Assembly (NCBI GenBank): GCA_051362555.1
Contig: CM120642.1
Location: forward strand, 17,670,001 to 17,734,000
Source: Lingula anatina
Lineage: Eukaryota; Animalia; Brachiopoda
DNA: 64,000 nucleotides
Direction: 5' to 3'
The first letter of the stretch is position 1, and every line of letters starts with the position of its first letter. Shown piece by piece: positions 24,331 through 39,100 of the stretch. The position numbers and the translations under genes are program-made. A model generated the notes under the pieces. It saw nothing but the letters and a program-made list of their open reading frames with translations. It had not been told where the DNA came from and did no database searches.

Positions 24331-26273
24331 TTCATGTTACACTGGTGACCAGTGGTGACAGCTGACCAGTGATGAAGAATCTGCATGCATGAATTTATTT
24401 GTAGCGGTCCTGTAAATGAATGTGCGAACAAAAATTTCTTCTGTAGTTCAGTTTATTCCATTTATTAAATTATACCAAGAAACAGGCATTAAATTCTGAC
24501 ATTATTTGTGATTTTTGTATGTTTTGTTTCATGTCATGAACAATTTGTACGAACGGGCTGCTTAAGTCATAATGGCTCCTTAAAAGTATATAGCCGCTCG
24601 GTGGAAATTCTCTCAAGAAACGATGCATCTTTAGACCTAAATAACTAGATGTTGTCTTTGGGTAGCCATCACATACCCTTGGGGTTCTTCATTCCTTCAA
24701 GATATGTGACCCCACTCCACGCCCCATGAATGTCTGTGCCAGTGTCTAGGTCTTGAGAATTGATAGAGAACATAATGAGAGCCTAAGAAATCTGCCTTTA
24801 TCACGCACGACTGTTTAGAAGTACATATGAAATGAATCTTTGAGCCCGTTCCCATACCTAGGTCGGTCTAACAGTAGCATCCCTAAAGTCACCTCTTGCA
24901 AACGGAGTGAGATTTCTGTTGGGAATGTTACATTAAAATGCCCCTGTTACATTTTGTTCCAAAAGGAACAATGTACTAATACCATGGGCTTGGAATGCTC
25001 TCTAAATGCGGATTGATCTAACACCTCAGGCGATATTACCCTACACACACCCTTCCAAGAGGCATTTTTTAACATGTCCATGGACCCTCTTTGACCATCG
25101 ATGGGATACAAGAAATAATTTGATTCTGCATCAAAATCGACTTCCTTCCAGTGATGGATGGCCAGGTTCAGGTGCCTGTGGGATCACTGAACGTAGCATT
25201 CTCAGCTGAAATCTCATTCCATCTTCAAGAACTGACTTTGGGGTTAACTCCAGGCTTTATCATGACTGCACACTTGCTCACACCTCTCGCCTGGCAAGTG
25301 TTTGTTGACGAAACACAATGGTCTAAGGATGGGACCACCATCTTTGAGCCCTGATATTAAACTTACTAATCAACAGTGACATGAACTGGAGTGTGCAATG
25401 CAAAGGAGAACCAACCCCATAAAAACGTGGACCAACTCCCCCAACTTGTTTAAGAAGAATGGGACAATATCCCACAAAACAGAATTGTAACCCGTGTTGA
25501 AGGCTTGACGCGCCGTCTACAGGAGATAATTGCAGTACGCGGTAGACGCACACGCTGTTAGGCACGTGATCTTTAACGAGCACACGCTAATGCTAATTGT
25601 GTGTGAATTTGGTGACATTTGATGGCGTCTTTTCAATTTTATAGACATTTCTTTACATCTGTAGAAGTCACAGTGAAACAGTCGATTTGAGGGGGTACCT
25701 CTTATAAAATTTACTAAATGGTATAAAATATGTATATTTTCACCACTATTTTGTATTTTTTAACCATTAATCATGTAAGACACGGTACCCGTAATAAAAA
25801 GCACTATTTCTAACAATTTACAGCTGTGAGGTGATCATTTGTAAAAAAAAGTACATGGAAATGAGGGTGGGACAACCTTTTTGACCAATGTTGTATATCT
25901 ATACAGTGCATGTGTCTTAAATGCATTATTTAAAATACACATCATTATATGGAACATCGCATTTTGCCTTGATGCATGGTTATTTAAGAGCACCGGTGAT
26001 AAGTCCTTTATGTGAAAAAGTGGAACACTGTCCCCCCTCCCCAGGGAAAGCACCATCCCCATGCAGTTAAAGTTAATTTCCGAAGGGCTCGCGATCATCT
26101 TCATTAATGTTGATGGAGTATCAGTAATTCTTACAGTCACGGAGAAGATAGTGGCGATAACAATGTGAAAAGTAGTGTAACCCGTCCGTTCCAAACTTTG
26201 TATTCCTAATTATCTTAAAACCTAATTCACTTGTGTTGTGTTTTGCAATACTTAACAACGGTTTTCAAATTAA

Positions 26274-26627
26274 AGTGATAGTGACTCGGCAAAAAAATGA
26301 ATTTTCCTGTAGTAAACAACAATTTTTCCCATACTTACCATTGGTTAATGAATCCATTTATACATTCAAAGTTAGACCCTGTTTTTTTTTTCTAAAAAGT
26401 TTGTTTTTTTTTTTTTTTTTTTTTTTTTTTTGTTAAAAATTCTTGAGAGATTTTAACAGAGTATAGCCATCAATGGAGGTCACGTGGTCTAAAGACAAGC
26501 TCAGATATCAGGATAATAGCTATAACTGCCGTTTTTGTGGTAAAACAGAATATATTATATTTTCTATGAGTCATTCACAATGTTTTTATTGTGAAATATA
26601 GTTCTCATACGAAGAGTTATTTTCCCT
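26274..26627. mobile_element. TTAA-flanked MITE, second copy of 13113-13451
   Basis: Shared internal sequence, TTAA at both ends, right end ACGAAGAGTTAT...CCCT. Confidence 0.78.
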
Positions 26628-27069
26628 TTAAGCCCTTTATTCTATGATAAATTCTCCAAATAACAAAATAGTATAAACCCAATAGTGTAATAATGAGCAG
26701 CGCAATACCAAATTATTGTAATGAGCACATCAAGTATCAGCAAGCAGTAAGAAGATAGCATGGCAAGATGATTTATGGCGACCCGATATGTCCGATATGT
26801 CCTGTATGTCATACGACCAGAGAAGGCCAGATATGTCCGACAAAAAAAGAGCCAGATGTGCCCGACAGGCCAGATTACATGTGTCTGATCCGTAACCGCA
26901 TCATTGATACAAGGGTCAAGGTCGAGTGCGCTAGCAAGCAGCCAGTCCTGGGCTCTTAAATTTTAAGAATTTTCATGTTCTTTTACTGATAGTACAGCAG
27001 TAATTTTTACCAAGGATTTTTATGAATATTTCAAGACTCCACTGGACAGCAAAATTTGGATATCCAAAA

Positions 27070-27428
27070 AAGGACTTTGAAGAAAAACTCACGCACAAAC
27101 GTAGACATTTGCTGTATCAGAGGTTTTATACAAAATTAAAAAATTGTGAAAAGTTAAGTCATTTATTGCCTGAAAGAAACACCCGCCCTTTACGAAACAA
27201 CACCAAATTCTTACAACCAAAAGTGAAGACGGAACGTTTTAAAAATTCCTTTATTAATTATTGTCTTTTTAACTTGTAGTAATTATGGATGCCTTTTTAA
27301 TTTGTAGTATTTTAAGAATAATTTATTGTTTTATAATCTAAAGTTTATTGTCAATTTTTCTTTTAAACATTCTTTGTACAACTTCAACCTTAGAGTTGCA
27401 ATTTTATCTAATAAATTATTATTATTAT
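27070..27428 (+). mobile_element. 5'-truncated L2/CR1-type LINE 3' end
   Basis: KLSHLLP..N.RPLR...PKVKTERFKNSFI is a CR1/L2 RT C-terminus, followed by AATAAA and a (TTA)n tail. Confidence 0.7.
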
Positions 27429-27600
27429 ACCTTTATCATTAAACCAACGAGTACAATATCTGTATTTTGTCATCCATGAGTAGATAACAGCCTAAAAACT
27501 TAAAGATAAAGGGAGAAATGTTCAGTATGGATTGGTAGAAACCGATGTCTGATTAAACTTTTGTCATAGAAATCTTGACGAATGATGTTTTCTTTCTATC

Positions 27601-30600
27601 TTATCTGTATCTGCAAAGAATTTCTCCATATGTAGACATTCCATGACTTTCTTTGGTAACGGTATCCCATGAGATGACGTTTCCTCTCAGATTTTCGTCA
27701 CAATTTGCCATTGCTGTGACATTAACGTTGTCTGTGTTCCAGACATTGATGCTTGTGATGTCACCAACAAATGCTTGATTAACATCAAACCCGCCGCCTA
27801 CATTGTCTTGATCTTGTCCAACAATCCATACTCCATCTTAAAATAAAATAAGCTTATTTAACCAAAGTTCATATCGTTTCACCTTACTTTATTCCATCGC
27901 TTAAATATTTGGGCATATAAATTATAAATGTGCATGGTGCTAGTTATTTGTATAATGCCATGATTCAAATTTGCATTAATCCACTATATAATGAAATTGA
28001 TAGCTATCTGCAATTCATCTGCTAATAATATGCCATTGTTTTATGTGAGAAATGATGAGTAGTACTTGCTTACTTGGGGGTATGCTCACAGACGTCTGGA
28101 AACCAATGCCCACCGCTGCTGGCATGCCGTCTCTGAATGTTGCCCACCTTCCACCGGCATTGTTCCAAGCGATACACCAGTGGTGCCATGCTCCATCAAA
28201 GATTTCAGAACTTTGAATCGATATTGTGGTCGTGTGACCAGATATATAGAATACGATATATCCATTTCTAATGAACTCAATGAGGAAAGCGTTGTTGTAG
28301 CTATTCACGGCGTAAGACAGGAGATGTATATCCTCAGGTGCAGAAAAGGGGGTCTTGGCCCACAGACAGGCTGTAATGGCAGTCATCTCAGGTGTGCTGG
28401 TAATCAACTTCACGTATCGCTCTGTGGACTGTGGAGATGGCCAACGGAAGATCGTAGTTTTATCTGAAAGTAAGAGAGGTACGTGTGCCTTATACATTGT
28501 GGACCATAATATGTCTGGAGCAGTTTTCCAGAAAAGTCTTTTGTTTTGTTTTCTTGCTGGATTTTAGAGCAGCTTTACAAGCCGGTGTAACGAAATTTGA
28601 CTGGTTTGCTTAAAAATACTGAAGGAGACCAAATTTCAGTATTTTCGGAGTAGAGTGAATAAAAAAGATCAAATTGAAGAAGAACATAATCGCTGCCAAA
28701 AACACATGAGAAGAGCACTGCCTTAACACACATTCACATTAAAAACACTTTATGCCAAGCATCAGTAAAATGTCTCATGTCAGCAAGAAACTGGATTCAA
28801 ATTTCCCCTAGTAGTGTGTATGACTACCATTTTCATGAATCACCGCGACACACCTTCTGCGCATGCTCTGAAGATAGCGGGGTAACTGCTGTTGGGTGAT
28901 CTGGTCCCACACTTCCACCAAAGCATCCCCCAGTTACCGAATCGTTATGCGAGCGTTCTGTCGAGCTCGAATGCGGTTCAGTGATCAATGGGATTGAGGT
29001 CTGGTGACCTTGCAGGTAAGTCCATACGAGTAATACCTTCCTGCTCCAAGTAAGCGTTCACAACATTGGCTCGATGGGGTAACATTATCGTTTATTAGGA
29101 TGAAGGTGTCATCAACAGCGCATGCATAGGGACGGACTATAGGGAAAACGATCTCATTTCGATACCTGAAACCAGTGAGAGTCCCATTCCGGATCACGTG
29201 AAGGTCAATAAGCCCATGCACTGAGTTTTTACCCCATACCAGAACTGATGGTCCAACAAACTGATCATGCTCGGAGGTGTTTGGCCGACTGTTGTACTCC
29301 CCAGGTCGTCTTCACACCTCCTGCGTCGATCCAGAAAGTGTAAGCAAAACATGGACTCATGATGCCGACGTGCTTGGAGGGTCAAGTAGCAGTCTTGCTG
29401 AGGTGTTATCGGTCTCGGACGACCGCCAACAGGACGCCGGTTCACCTCCGGTACCTTGTCCAGGCTCTGGATATCACGCCTTAGTATGTGCCGAGGGGAG
29501 TGGGTACATGACACTGCGTATTGTTACCCTGGAGTAACCCGAAAGCCCGATTCAGTTTTGCTGGTGGTTAGTTATTTCTCTGTCTTCTTGGAGGCATTAC
29601 AACATTGACAATCAAAAGCTCATCAGGAGAAAAAAAGCTCACCCTTATTTGAGCTGAGGAACCAGCTTGGGTGTTTTTGCTCGTGTGCATTCAACCAAAA
29701 CAACAACAACAACATCAATGACTAATACATATGGTTGTGCAACTTTATGTCGAAGACCCATAAAATATACATAGGTAAAATAATCATTCCATAAGAATAA
29801 GATTTCTAGCAAATGTTGACTGGTGTAGTTACAGTTAGCCTGACCTCAGTGTGTCAAAATTTAGGGCGAGGCTTACCTGTAGAAAGAAAGTGGGGTCGGA
29901 CTCTTTATCATGGGGGACTCTGTCACGGTCGGTGAGGCAGCGTAGAATCATCTTATGACTGTTTACTAAATGCTTTTTTATCTACAATGAAAATATCCTC
30001 TCACCATGCATGAGAGTAAAATAAATTCCAAAGAAAAACACACCGTGGCCCAGGTAATAGATTTATGATTATGCAGTGTTGAACAACTCAGGATTCATAT
30101 CTCAGTAGCCTTTATTTCACATCATCATACATAAGACAAATGGTGAAACTAAAAAATAATGAAATAAATGCAAAGAATAAAAAAATAATAATACTAACAT
30201 GATAATGGAGTACAATTAATGCTGAATATGAGCAAAGTAAACACATAATTTATGATACTATAATGAACAAATAAATAAATAATTAAATAACAATAATTTA
30301 CTCATACGATGGGCTAGCTCCCATGCGTATCTGCTGCTAAATCACGAGTAGACTACACCCCAGTACGGTCTGCTCATTACTCTCAAAAATAATTGACCCG
30401 TAACATTGGGTCACTGGAATTAATCTCAAAACTTATACACTATACTGTTCTCTAAATGAAACAAACAATGATAAATACTGATAAATATCCTAATTACAAC
30501 AACAAATAATAATAATAATAATAACAATTATTTAAATACACTTATTTTACTTTTCACCTTATTTTGCCGCATGGGTCGGCAACATGTATTCGTCTTTGGA

Positions 30601-32038
30601 AGTATTCACATCGAGAAGAACCGAGGTCTAGCAAGGCCGGGACCTAAATATGGTGAACCTACGCGAAAGGAAGACTGCGTCATCCTTTAATGGTCACTCA
30701 ATGACAATGGTTTTGTTGTAGAAAAAATCAAAAATTATGTGTGTAAAAATTGTTTACTGACACCAAACTCGCGTCTCACAGCACGCATGTCATGTCTCTG
30801 TTATTTATCACGATATCTTAAAAATTCTGACGAACTAATCACACAAAAATACTGCAGAGGTAATAAGCTTGTTAGCCTATACAGTATGTTATCTTATTAC
30901 CTGTATAATGTCTCAAGATGGCAACTTCATGCGTTATATATGGTCAGCTATTCTTTGATTGGCTATTGCTCATCTCTCTTAAATTGCATGGCTTTAACAT
31001 ATTTTTCTTGTATTATCAACTTCCTTTTAATAAGGACGAATGACCTTGCTGGAAATCGTCACGCCCCCACCCCTATTTAATCTATTTCAGTTATACTTCC
31101 AATACTTAATTCAATAAAGTATATATTTTGATATAAAAAACACAAAACCATCACTTTGTTTCTCAATAAAAAAACAAATGTGCATCTTGTTGTTTATCCG
31201 ATTCAAAATATAAACGAATATTCTGACACTTTTTGTTAAGAGTGGCGATCTTGCTCTACTACTGCATTTCTTCTAAGGGTCTCTTAACTCAATGACACCT
31301 GCTGAAAAGCACAGCAATTTATCAGATGTGCAACTAATATCCACGGGGGAGTAATTATCAAAACCCAGTGGTTTTGAAATGCGGGCCTCTGGCTCAAACA
31401 GGCGTTGTCATAGTTACCAACCCTGTTTAGGTATACAATTGCGCAAAACGTGTATGGCAGATGCATGCAAAATAGCAATTTCTCATTTTTGAAAGCAAAG
31501 TTTTCCCAACACCCTATCAAATTATGTTCGCCTTCGTCGTGGGTGTTTGACACACACCCTTTCTCCATCTTAAATCCTGAGATCAGGGCTTTTTGCATTG
31601 CTGATAATTCGTGGCATCTACCTCATGGACTTCTATGCCATTCAATTTAATACCACATTAAAAAACAGTATAGAACTACATACCTGTTGGAGGAACGAGG
31701 AACTGACAGCCGGCGTCTGCCAGTACATCCGCCATGTCTTTATTTGCATTATTCGCAATTGCCTCGTATACAGAACAAGTTTGCGTCCCCATGCAAAACT
31801 GAGCGGCGTACCCACCCAGCGTCAGCATCCTTAACGAGCAGTCCTCGGCAGAGTTGGCCCTAAAGCTCCCTAAGCTGTTGACTCGGAGAGGTAAAGATTG
31901 TTCTGGTATTGGCAGATAGCCTTGGACGACGTACCTTCCTGTCCGTATGGTCTGACTGGTCGCAACTCCAATCAGAAATCCCCAAATGATAACTAAAATG
32001 CAAGACAATGTGTCCACTGTTGATTCTTTTCCATGCAT
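27601..32038 (-). CDS. Secreted PAN-like/pentraxin protein, type B copy 2 (3 exons, 326 aa)
   Basis: Exons 32038-31684, 28463-28074 and 27836-27601 join in frame through phase-1 GT-AG introns. Hydrophobic leader ILVIIWGFLIGVATS; motifs TACLW, WHHWCIAW and GQDQDNVGGGFDVNQAFVGDI. Start codon chosen by homology (alternative ATG at 32050). Confidence 0.85.
28830..29830 (-). mobile_element. Degenerate Tc1/mariner remnant in intron 1 of copy B2
   Basis: Fragments GGRPRP, IRNGTLTGFRYRNEI, ILINDN and LPARSPDLNPIDH; paralogous to 1-780. Boundaries are approximate. Confidence 0.8.
30077..30584 (-). mobile_element. Solo LTR (508 bp)
   Basis: TGTTG...CAACA termini, AATAAA near the minus-strand 3' end, degenerate 5-bp TSD (TGCAG/TGTAT versus TGTAG at the empty paralogous site ~1010). 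Confidence 0.65.
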
Positions 32039-33287
32039 TCTTGTATTCATTGCAATTGGATAATTTTTAACAAAATGCCCGGAGGCATCCATAACGCCAA
32101 ATTGAACGCTTCTTAGATATGTCAATGCTATTGCAATATTTGGTTATAGTAACAAACTACCTGGAGCTTTTACTAATTTCGATTATCAGCTAAAACTTGA
32201 TGTGGATGCCTCATTTTTGATACCAGAAATATCATCCCAAAAGCAAAGGTAACAAGCGGGTGTATTTTTAACAAGGAAGTGTTTTTAAATATGACATGCA
32301 GCTTAACTCTAAGTTTTTTATCAGTCATGATTGACGAATTTTACTGCCATTTTGGTTGATGGGTCGAGCTCTGAATAGAAAGTTCAAAGCGCCGCTTAAA
32401 ACAAGACGATGTTATTTTTAATTCTAATAGACTGAATAATTTAACGTAATTTTGTCTACCTTTAAGCTAAGGTATTTTTAAAAGTCAATTATGTCCATTT
32501 CCATCTAGTAATAAAACAAACCTCTTACTGTGAGCAAACATCTTACCCCAAAACATAGTTGATCAAAGACCGCAAAATCCTCTTAGAGCTAGAACTTAAA
32601 ACAGACTAAAAAGGGCTAACACATATAAACCTCTATTTGTCAACAGGTGGTGCTGTCGTTAATGTATTAATTAATCATGTCCCACTCTGAAATGTTTATT
32701 AGTTTACCATTACCAACGTATTGTCTGTTTTTTAGTAACACACCGGAATTTGCAATCTGGCCTCTCATTGCGTCGCTTGTAGACACCGGTAATTTGTCAT
32801 CAGAGGAGAGGTTGACATATATTATATAATTTCCAGATATTTGTCCATAACTGTAATGATGTGAAATTTCATTAGCAAATTTAATTGTAACCGCTGTCTG
32901 AAATAAGCATTGCGTTTTTGCCACACGCAAAGGTTACCCCAAGGCCCCGTAACTGGAAAGCATCGCACATTGCGACCGAGCGCAATTAAGCGTCTCGATT
33001 TCATAACTCGCCCATACTCGCCCCATATAATAGCCTCGAAATTAAATGTGGTATCGCTATATTTGCAATTCACGATGCTGTTTAGTTACGGAGCCCTGGT
33101 TATTTTTGTGACACTTTGATTGTGCACTCAGGTTCTACAATGTCTCGCCTGTGTAGGCCGGGCATTTAAGCGGCTGGGCATATTTTGTCATCAGTGGCGA
33201 TGGTAACATACCTCCAAATATTTGTCCATAACTGCAATAATGTGTCAATTCATCCGCAAATTCGATTGTTACAGCAATCTAAATAAG

Positions 33288-33331
<44 letters not shown>

Positions 33332-34502
33332 ACACGCAAAGGTAACTCCAGGCACAGACAGGCAGCATAACGGAGTTTTTTTCCTAAGCAATAAAAAATC
33401 TGTAGGATGAATGTAAACGTGGGTTCGATTATGTGGAAGACTTATAGCGAGGCGCACAGTATAGAAATGTGTCCAATAGATCACTTACATGGGTGGTAAA
33501 TACTTTATGGACGTGAACCCATCGCTCGACAGTTGTACTCTATCAAATTATGCTATGCAACTAATTATGACAATGCATATCAGGAAACTGGCAAAACACT
33601 TTGTCAAATCTTGGTAAACATTAAAAAACTCCTTATTGTAACTCTGTAAGAATTTATCAAACACTTAGCGTTCCACTAAAACCCTTATTTTTAATTAGCT
33701 TTTTTAGTATTACTGTATCATTTTTCAACTCAATGTTCATGGAGACACCTAAAAGCTTTAACTTAATGAAATTTGGTGACATGATTTTTTTCTAAAGTCT
33801 GCTAGTAACTGCTTCTGTTTTACATGTAGCATTCTGCCCGACTGAAAAACAACCATGTTCTAGGTATTTGAGTTTATTTGTCTCATATCATGTCAGCAGT
33901 CTTGCGCTATCAGACAGTCTTAGACCCGTTGCTGCTGCACATGCGTGGACGTGTAGTCCGTCGCCTGTGATATACGTACATTTGTTACCTATTGCTTGCA
34001 CATAACATGACAGTGAATTAAACTGCGTGGTCCAAATTATATTTTTCATTCATTGCTGTTGTGCTGCACTGTGATAAAGGTAGTGCAACTTCCAGTTGTT
34101 AAAGCCAGTGCCGAGTGCCTTTAATGATCGAAACTTCTTTGTTAGACAAACGAGCACAATGTCTGTAATATTATGTCATTATTGAGTAGAAAACAGCTTT
34201 AAAACAAAAACGAAAAGACAAATGCTCCGTATTGATTAAGAAAAATGCTTGTTACTTGTTGTGCTGCAGTGTAAAAGTAGGTAAACCATGTAAATGTACA
34301 ATCCCCATAAAAAAATTCAGTTACCTTCAATGTGACTTTCTGATAAACAAAGGAGCAGAATGTCTGTATTATATCATTCTTGAGTAGATAACAGCCTTTA
34401 AACATAAAAGAAAAGGAGAAATGCTTCGTGTGGATTAAGAAAAAAAAAAGATGCTTTGTTATATTTCTGTCAAACAAATCTTGACGAATGGTGTTTTCTT
34501 TC

Positions 34503-36104
34503 TTATCTGTATCTGCAAAGAACCTCTCCATACGTAGTCGTTTCGTAACTTTCTTTGGTAACGGTATCCCATGAGATGACGTTTCCTCCAAGATTTTCGC
34601 CACAATTTGCCATTGCTGTGACGTTAACATTGTAAGTGTTCCAGACATTGACGCTTGTGACGTCACCAACATATGCTTGATTAACATCAAATTCGCCGCC
34701 TACACTGTCTTGGTCCTGCCCAACAATCCATACTCCATCTTAAAATAAAATTAGTTTTTTCAACCTACCTTTACTTATTCGTGTATAAAGCTTATAAATA
34801 AACATGATGCTTGTGCACAATGTATGTCACAACAAATTTGGAAACGATCCAAATTTCCATTAAATGTACTACTAATTCATCATAGTGTCAAATCTACCAA
34901 CGTTACCTCCGAAACTATAATGAAAGAAGTATCCTTCTGCTAGTTGTCAAGATTGATATTGACTTTGTGAGAAATGATTGGTAATTTCTTACTTGGTGGT
35001 ATGCTCCTAGACGTCTGGAAACCAGTGCCCCCCGCTGCTGGCATGCCATCTCTGAATACTGTCCACGCTCCAACGCCATTGTTCCAAGCGAAACACCAAT
35101 GGTGCCAGGCTCCATCATTAATTTCAGAACTCGGGATTGATGTTGTGATTCGCTGACTAGATATATAGAAAAAGATGTTTCCATTCCCGTCGAACCCAGT
35201 GAGGAAAGCATTGGTGTTGCCACTCACGGCGTAAGACAGGAGATGTATAAGGTTCGATGCAGCAAAGGTTGTCCTGGCCCACAGACAGGCTGTAATGGCA
35301 GTCATCTCAGGTGTGGTTGTAATCAACTTCACGTATCTCTCGGTGGACTGCGGAGATGGCCAACGGAAGATCGTGTTTTTTTCTGAAAGTAATCACGGTA
35401 GGATTCAATTTTCAATTGAAATTGAATTGGTAGGTTTGCCTTTCACACCATTAGACACTTACCTTTTGGACCCGTTTCATAGAAAAGAGTAGCTTTGTGT
35501 TTTAACTTTGTGCGTTTTCTTTAATTGGTCACTATACTCTGCTTGCTACCTTTAAGTAATTGACAATTGTCATAATTGACATATTAAACCATTATTTTGA
35601 GGTATGAAATTCATTTTAAAGACAATCACAATGTAATCCCGTAGCGCACTAAAAGACCGACGAAAAGTGAAATTCTGTATTCTTTGCGAAACGCAAGAAA
35701 CCAAGAGTAGGATATCATGATATTTTCTATTTTGTCACACAAATATTGTTTCTACAATACATACTTGTTAGAGCGTCTTGAATGACAAGAAACTTGCAGC
35801 CTGCATCCGCCACTACATCCGTCATGACTTCGTAAATGTTACTCGTTCCGTATATGGAACAAATTTGCCCACTCTTACAATATTGGGCGACGTACCCACC
35901 CAACCTTCTTATTCTTAACGCGCATTCCACGGCAGAGTTCGACCTTTTGACGCCGAAAAGTGAACGGTTCTCTGGCATTTGTAGATGTTCATGAGCAACC
36001 AATTTTGCTGTCTGTACGGTTTGACCAGCTGACACCCCAAGCATAAAGCTCAAAATGATACCTAAAAACAAGATGATCAGTGTATATATTCGATTTTTTT
36101 TCAT
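34503..36104 (-). CDS. Secreted PAN-like/pentraxin protein, type A copy 2 (3 exons, 321 aa)
   Basis: Exons 36104-35765, 35382-34993 and 34738-34503, with the same sizes and phases as copy A1; open frame; GQDQDSVGGEFDVNQAY. Confidence 0.9.
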
Positions 36105-39100
36105 GCAATTTTGGATTATGGTTGCTTCAACAAACCGTCCGGTTTTTTTCCCCTTATTTTTTCTTTTGAAACAAAAGCTTCATTTGGATCTTTATCTTTT
36201 AACACCAGAAATATCATCGTCTTAGCGAAGCTAACATGCAGATTAATTTCATTTTTTCGGTTATCAATCCTTCAATTTCGATACAAATTGAACCTTGGAT
36301 TTGTGATGCCAAACGTTATAAATCTAGTTATAAATCTGTACCATGAGAAAACATCTTACCAAAAAACATAGTTGGTCCAAAACAGCTCTTACTGCCCAAG
36401 ATAAGAGAAAATTCTGGATGAAAAATATAGTTTACTTACATATGTTAACAGCTGGTGCAATTGTTAATATGACAATTGATTATGTCTCACTCTGCAAAAT
36501 TTTTCATCACTATTACCAACGTATTGATTTCTAACGCGATAACACCGGAAGTAGCGATAATGGTTTCTTTTTTATCTGTCTGTGTTACTGTATAATACCG
36601 GCGCTTCAAGCAAAAGAATAAATGCACTTGTATTTTGCATTTAGGCTTGCCTGTATTTTCATATGCTGTATTTCCATGTGCTGCGTTTCATACAACCATT
36701 GATAGAAATTGTTTCGTGTTTAATCAATCACGTTGAACGATATTCAATCGTACTGGTACCCCAAATATAAATGAATAATTAAAAAAAACAAAGAAAATAA
36801 TATTTTGAATATATTTTTTCACATAAAGTGTTACAGAAATTTGATATATAGTTAATCCGTGTCATATGAAAACGCTCTCATTATATGTTTTATTTCTGCG
36901 AATCGCAAAATACAACTAACACATTTTAATAACATAGAAGTATTATTTATTTATTTAACACAGCTTCAGTCTACATTAAAGTAAATTTAAAATTATTACA
37001 CTGCAAGCGAAAATACGAATTATTACACTTCAAGCCAAAATACACTTCAAGCGAAAATGACTACTTTTTTAACTGGTGACGGCAAGGAAATGGCCAAAAG
37101 TGCGTCATTCCGCTGTCCTGGGCCCTGTAACTCGAAAGCACCGCGCATTGCGACAGAGCGCAAGCGTCTCGATTCCTTAACTCGCCCATACCTGCCCCAT
37201 ATAATACATTGTAGCCTCTATGTGATATCGCTATTCGCAATACGCGATGCTTTCGGGCTGTTTTGGGGTTTACTGGTACTGGGCCAGAGGAGGAAAAGAA
37301 GTCATCCAAGAAAAATCGTGATGTCACAATAGTTGCCGGTGACTAATTATCTTACTGCACGTACATGTACCTTGTAGTAACACTATTGTTTCCTCCGTTG
37401 CACCACGAAACCATATACAGGTACTACAGTACGGTGTAACGTGACAGAGAGTCACCCATGCTAGAGAGTCCGCTTCCCATTCATTTGTACAGCTAAGCCT
37501 CGCCTTAGATTTTGACCCACCTAGGTCAGGCTAACCCTAACCATTATAACTATATGGAGGGCGGACATTCTGTTACACAGACCCTCAGTTTCGATACACA
37601 GGGATGTCACAATAGCTGACAGTGCTGATTAAGGACGGGGTGGCTAAAGCACATCGCTGACTCGTTTTTCCAGGTCCATTAATGGTCGCGTGTAAAGGCG
37701 AATGGCATCCGATAGATGTTCACCAGACCCTGTATGATAAAGCTGCGCACAACATACCTGTAGCACTTTACCACTATGACCGGTTATTTTCCTGGCCTTT
37801 GAGTTCGGGAGGGTCGAATAAAACTCACTTTTTGCTGGGAAAAGTCTGATCTGGCTAAAAATGTGATCTACATACACGGTACAGGTACAGGTTCCATGGT
37901 TAAAAGTTCCTTTTTTCAGAAAAATACTCCCGTTTAAATTGCTTGCAACTGGCTATAAAACTGAAGGAATAAATGATAAATGCTTTGCAAATATTTGACC
38001 ACACACATTTCATTATTGGGATTTATTTATTTATTAATAAGTGGTGGCCATCCGCGATATAAGTCAGTTACAACTACTTGTCTACTGTGTGAGACGTTAT
38101 CTCGGATGTCAGTCAGTGACGACCAGTGTTGTAATTATTAAATAGAAAAGCACTTGTTGACATTGTTAGCTTAACTTGTTTGACTTGCCCAAACCAATGT
38201 ATTACAAAATATACACCTTAATGATTACTCTGTTGAGAAATGTTGGTATTTTAGACGGCGAACGGTGCCATTTGGTATAGTTTAGAACTATGACTTAGCT
38301 AGTCAAAATTCTGATTTCAAGAGGGGACCAGAAATCGACCCCCCCCCTAAATCCGCCACTGTACCTTCTTCGTTTTGAGCAAAATACAAAATCAAATAGG
38401 ACATTAAACCTCGCGCGAGAATATGCCGTTGAGAACAGCTCTTCAGTAACAGTTCCTCAATTCCTATTAAACTTATATGTACCGTACGTGTCCGGGTTGC
38501 CATGCTCGATAAGATTGTGATAGGGCGACTCAGCAGTGCGACAGTGCCATTGCGTCTCTCTGGGCTGAGTGATTGTACAAGAAGGAGCGGGTCAGCTCTA
38601 CAGCAATGCGTCAGTATAGTCAATCACCAGTAGAGATCTTACTGAAAACCCCCTTTACACTGGACGGCGTACTTTCTGCGTCCTGTGTGCGACCATGAAA
38701 CTGCCATGGCTGTGGTCGTAGAAAGGAGACATAAGCATCGCTTTCTGGTTGCAGAATGAATTCTCAATGATCGGCCAGTTGTCGGCACGTAAAATATTTA
38801 CTTTTTACTCTCAAACGGAGTCGTTCTGCGGGAAGAAAGTCCACTGTAAAGGGGGCTTATATTAACGGAGAAGGAGTACACGTATACATGCCCTGACAAG
38901 CTGTTACAAGCCATTGTAATAATGTATATATGATTTATAAAGTGTTTTTTTTTTTCATATCACAGCATTTCAATTAAAATTAGGGTGGCCAGTAGACCAG
39001 ATAGAGCAGCGGCGAGCGCTTATGTCCCTTAAGCCTCGGACACGACCGGTCGTGCGGGCTATTACGGGCTGTTTGCGTCCGCATTTTGCACAGAATCTCA

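Noticed and set aside
24900-26210. Faint transposase-like fragments (e.g. GLHYF near 26170-26190)
   Set aside because: Too degraded to assign a family or boundaries without a search.
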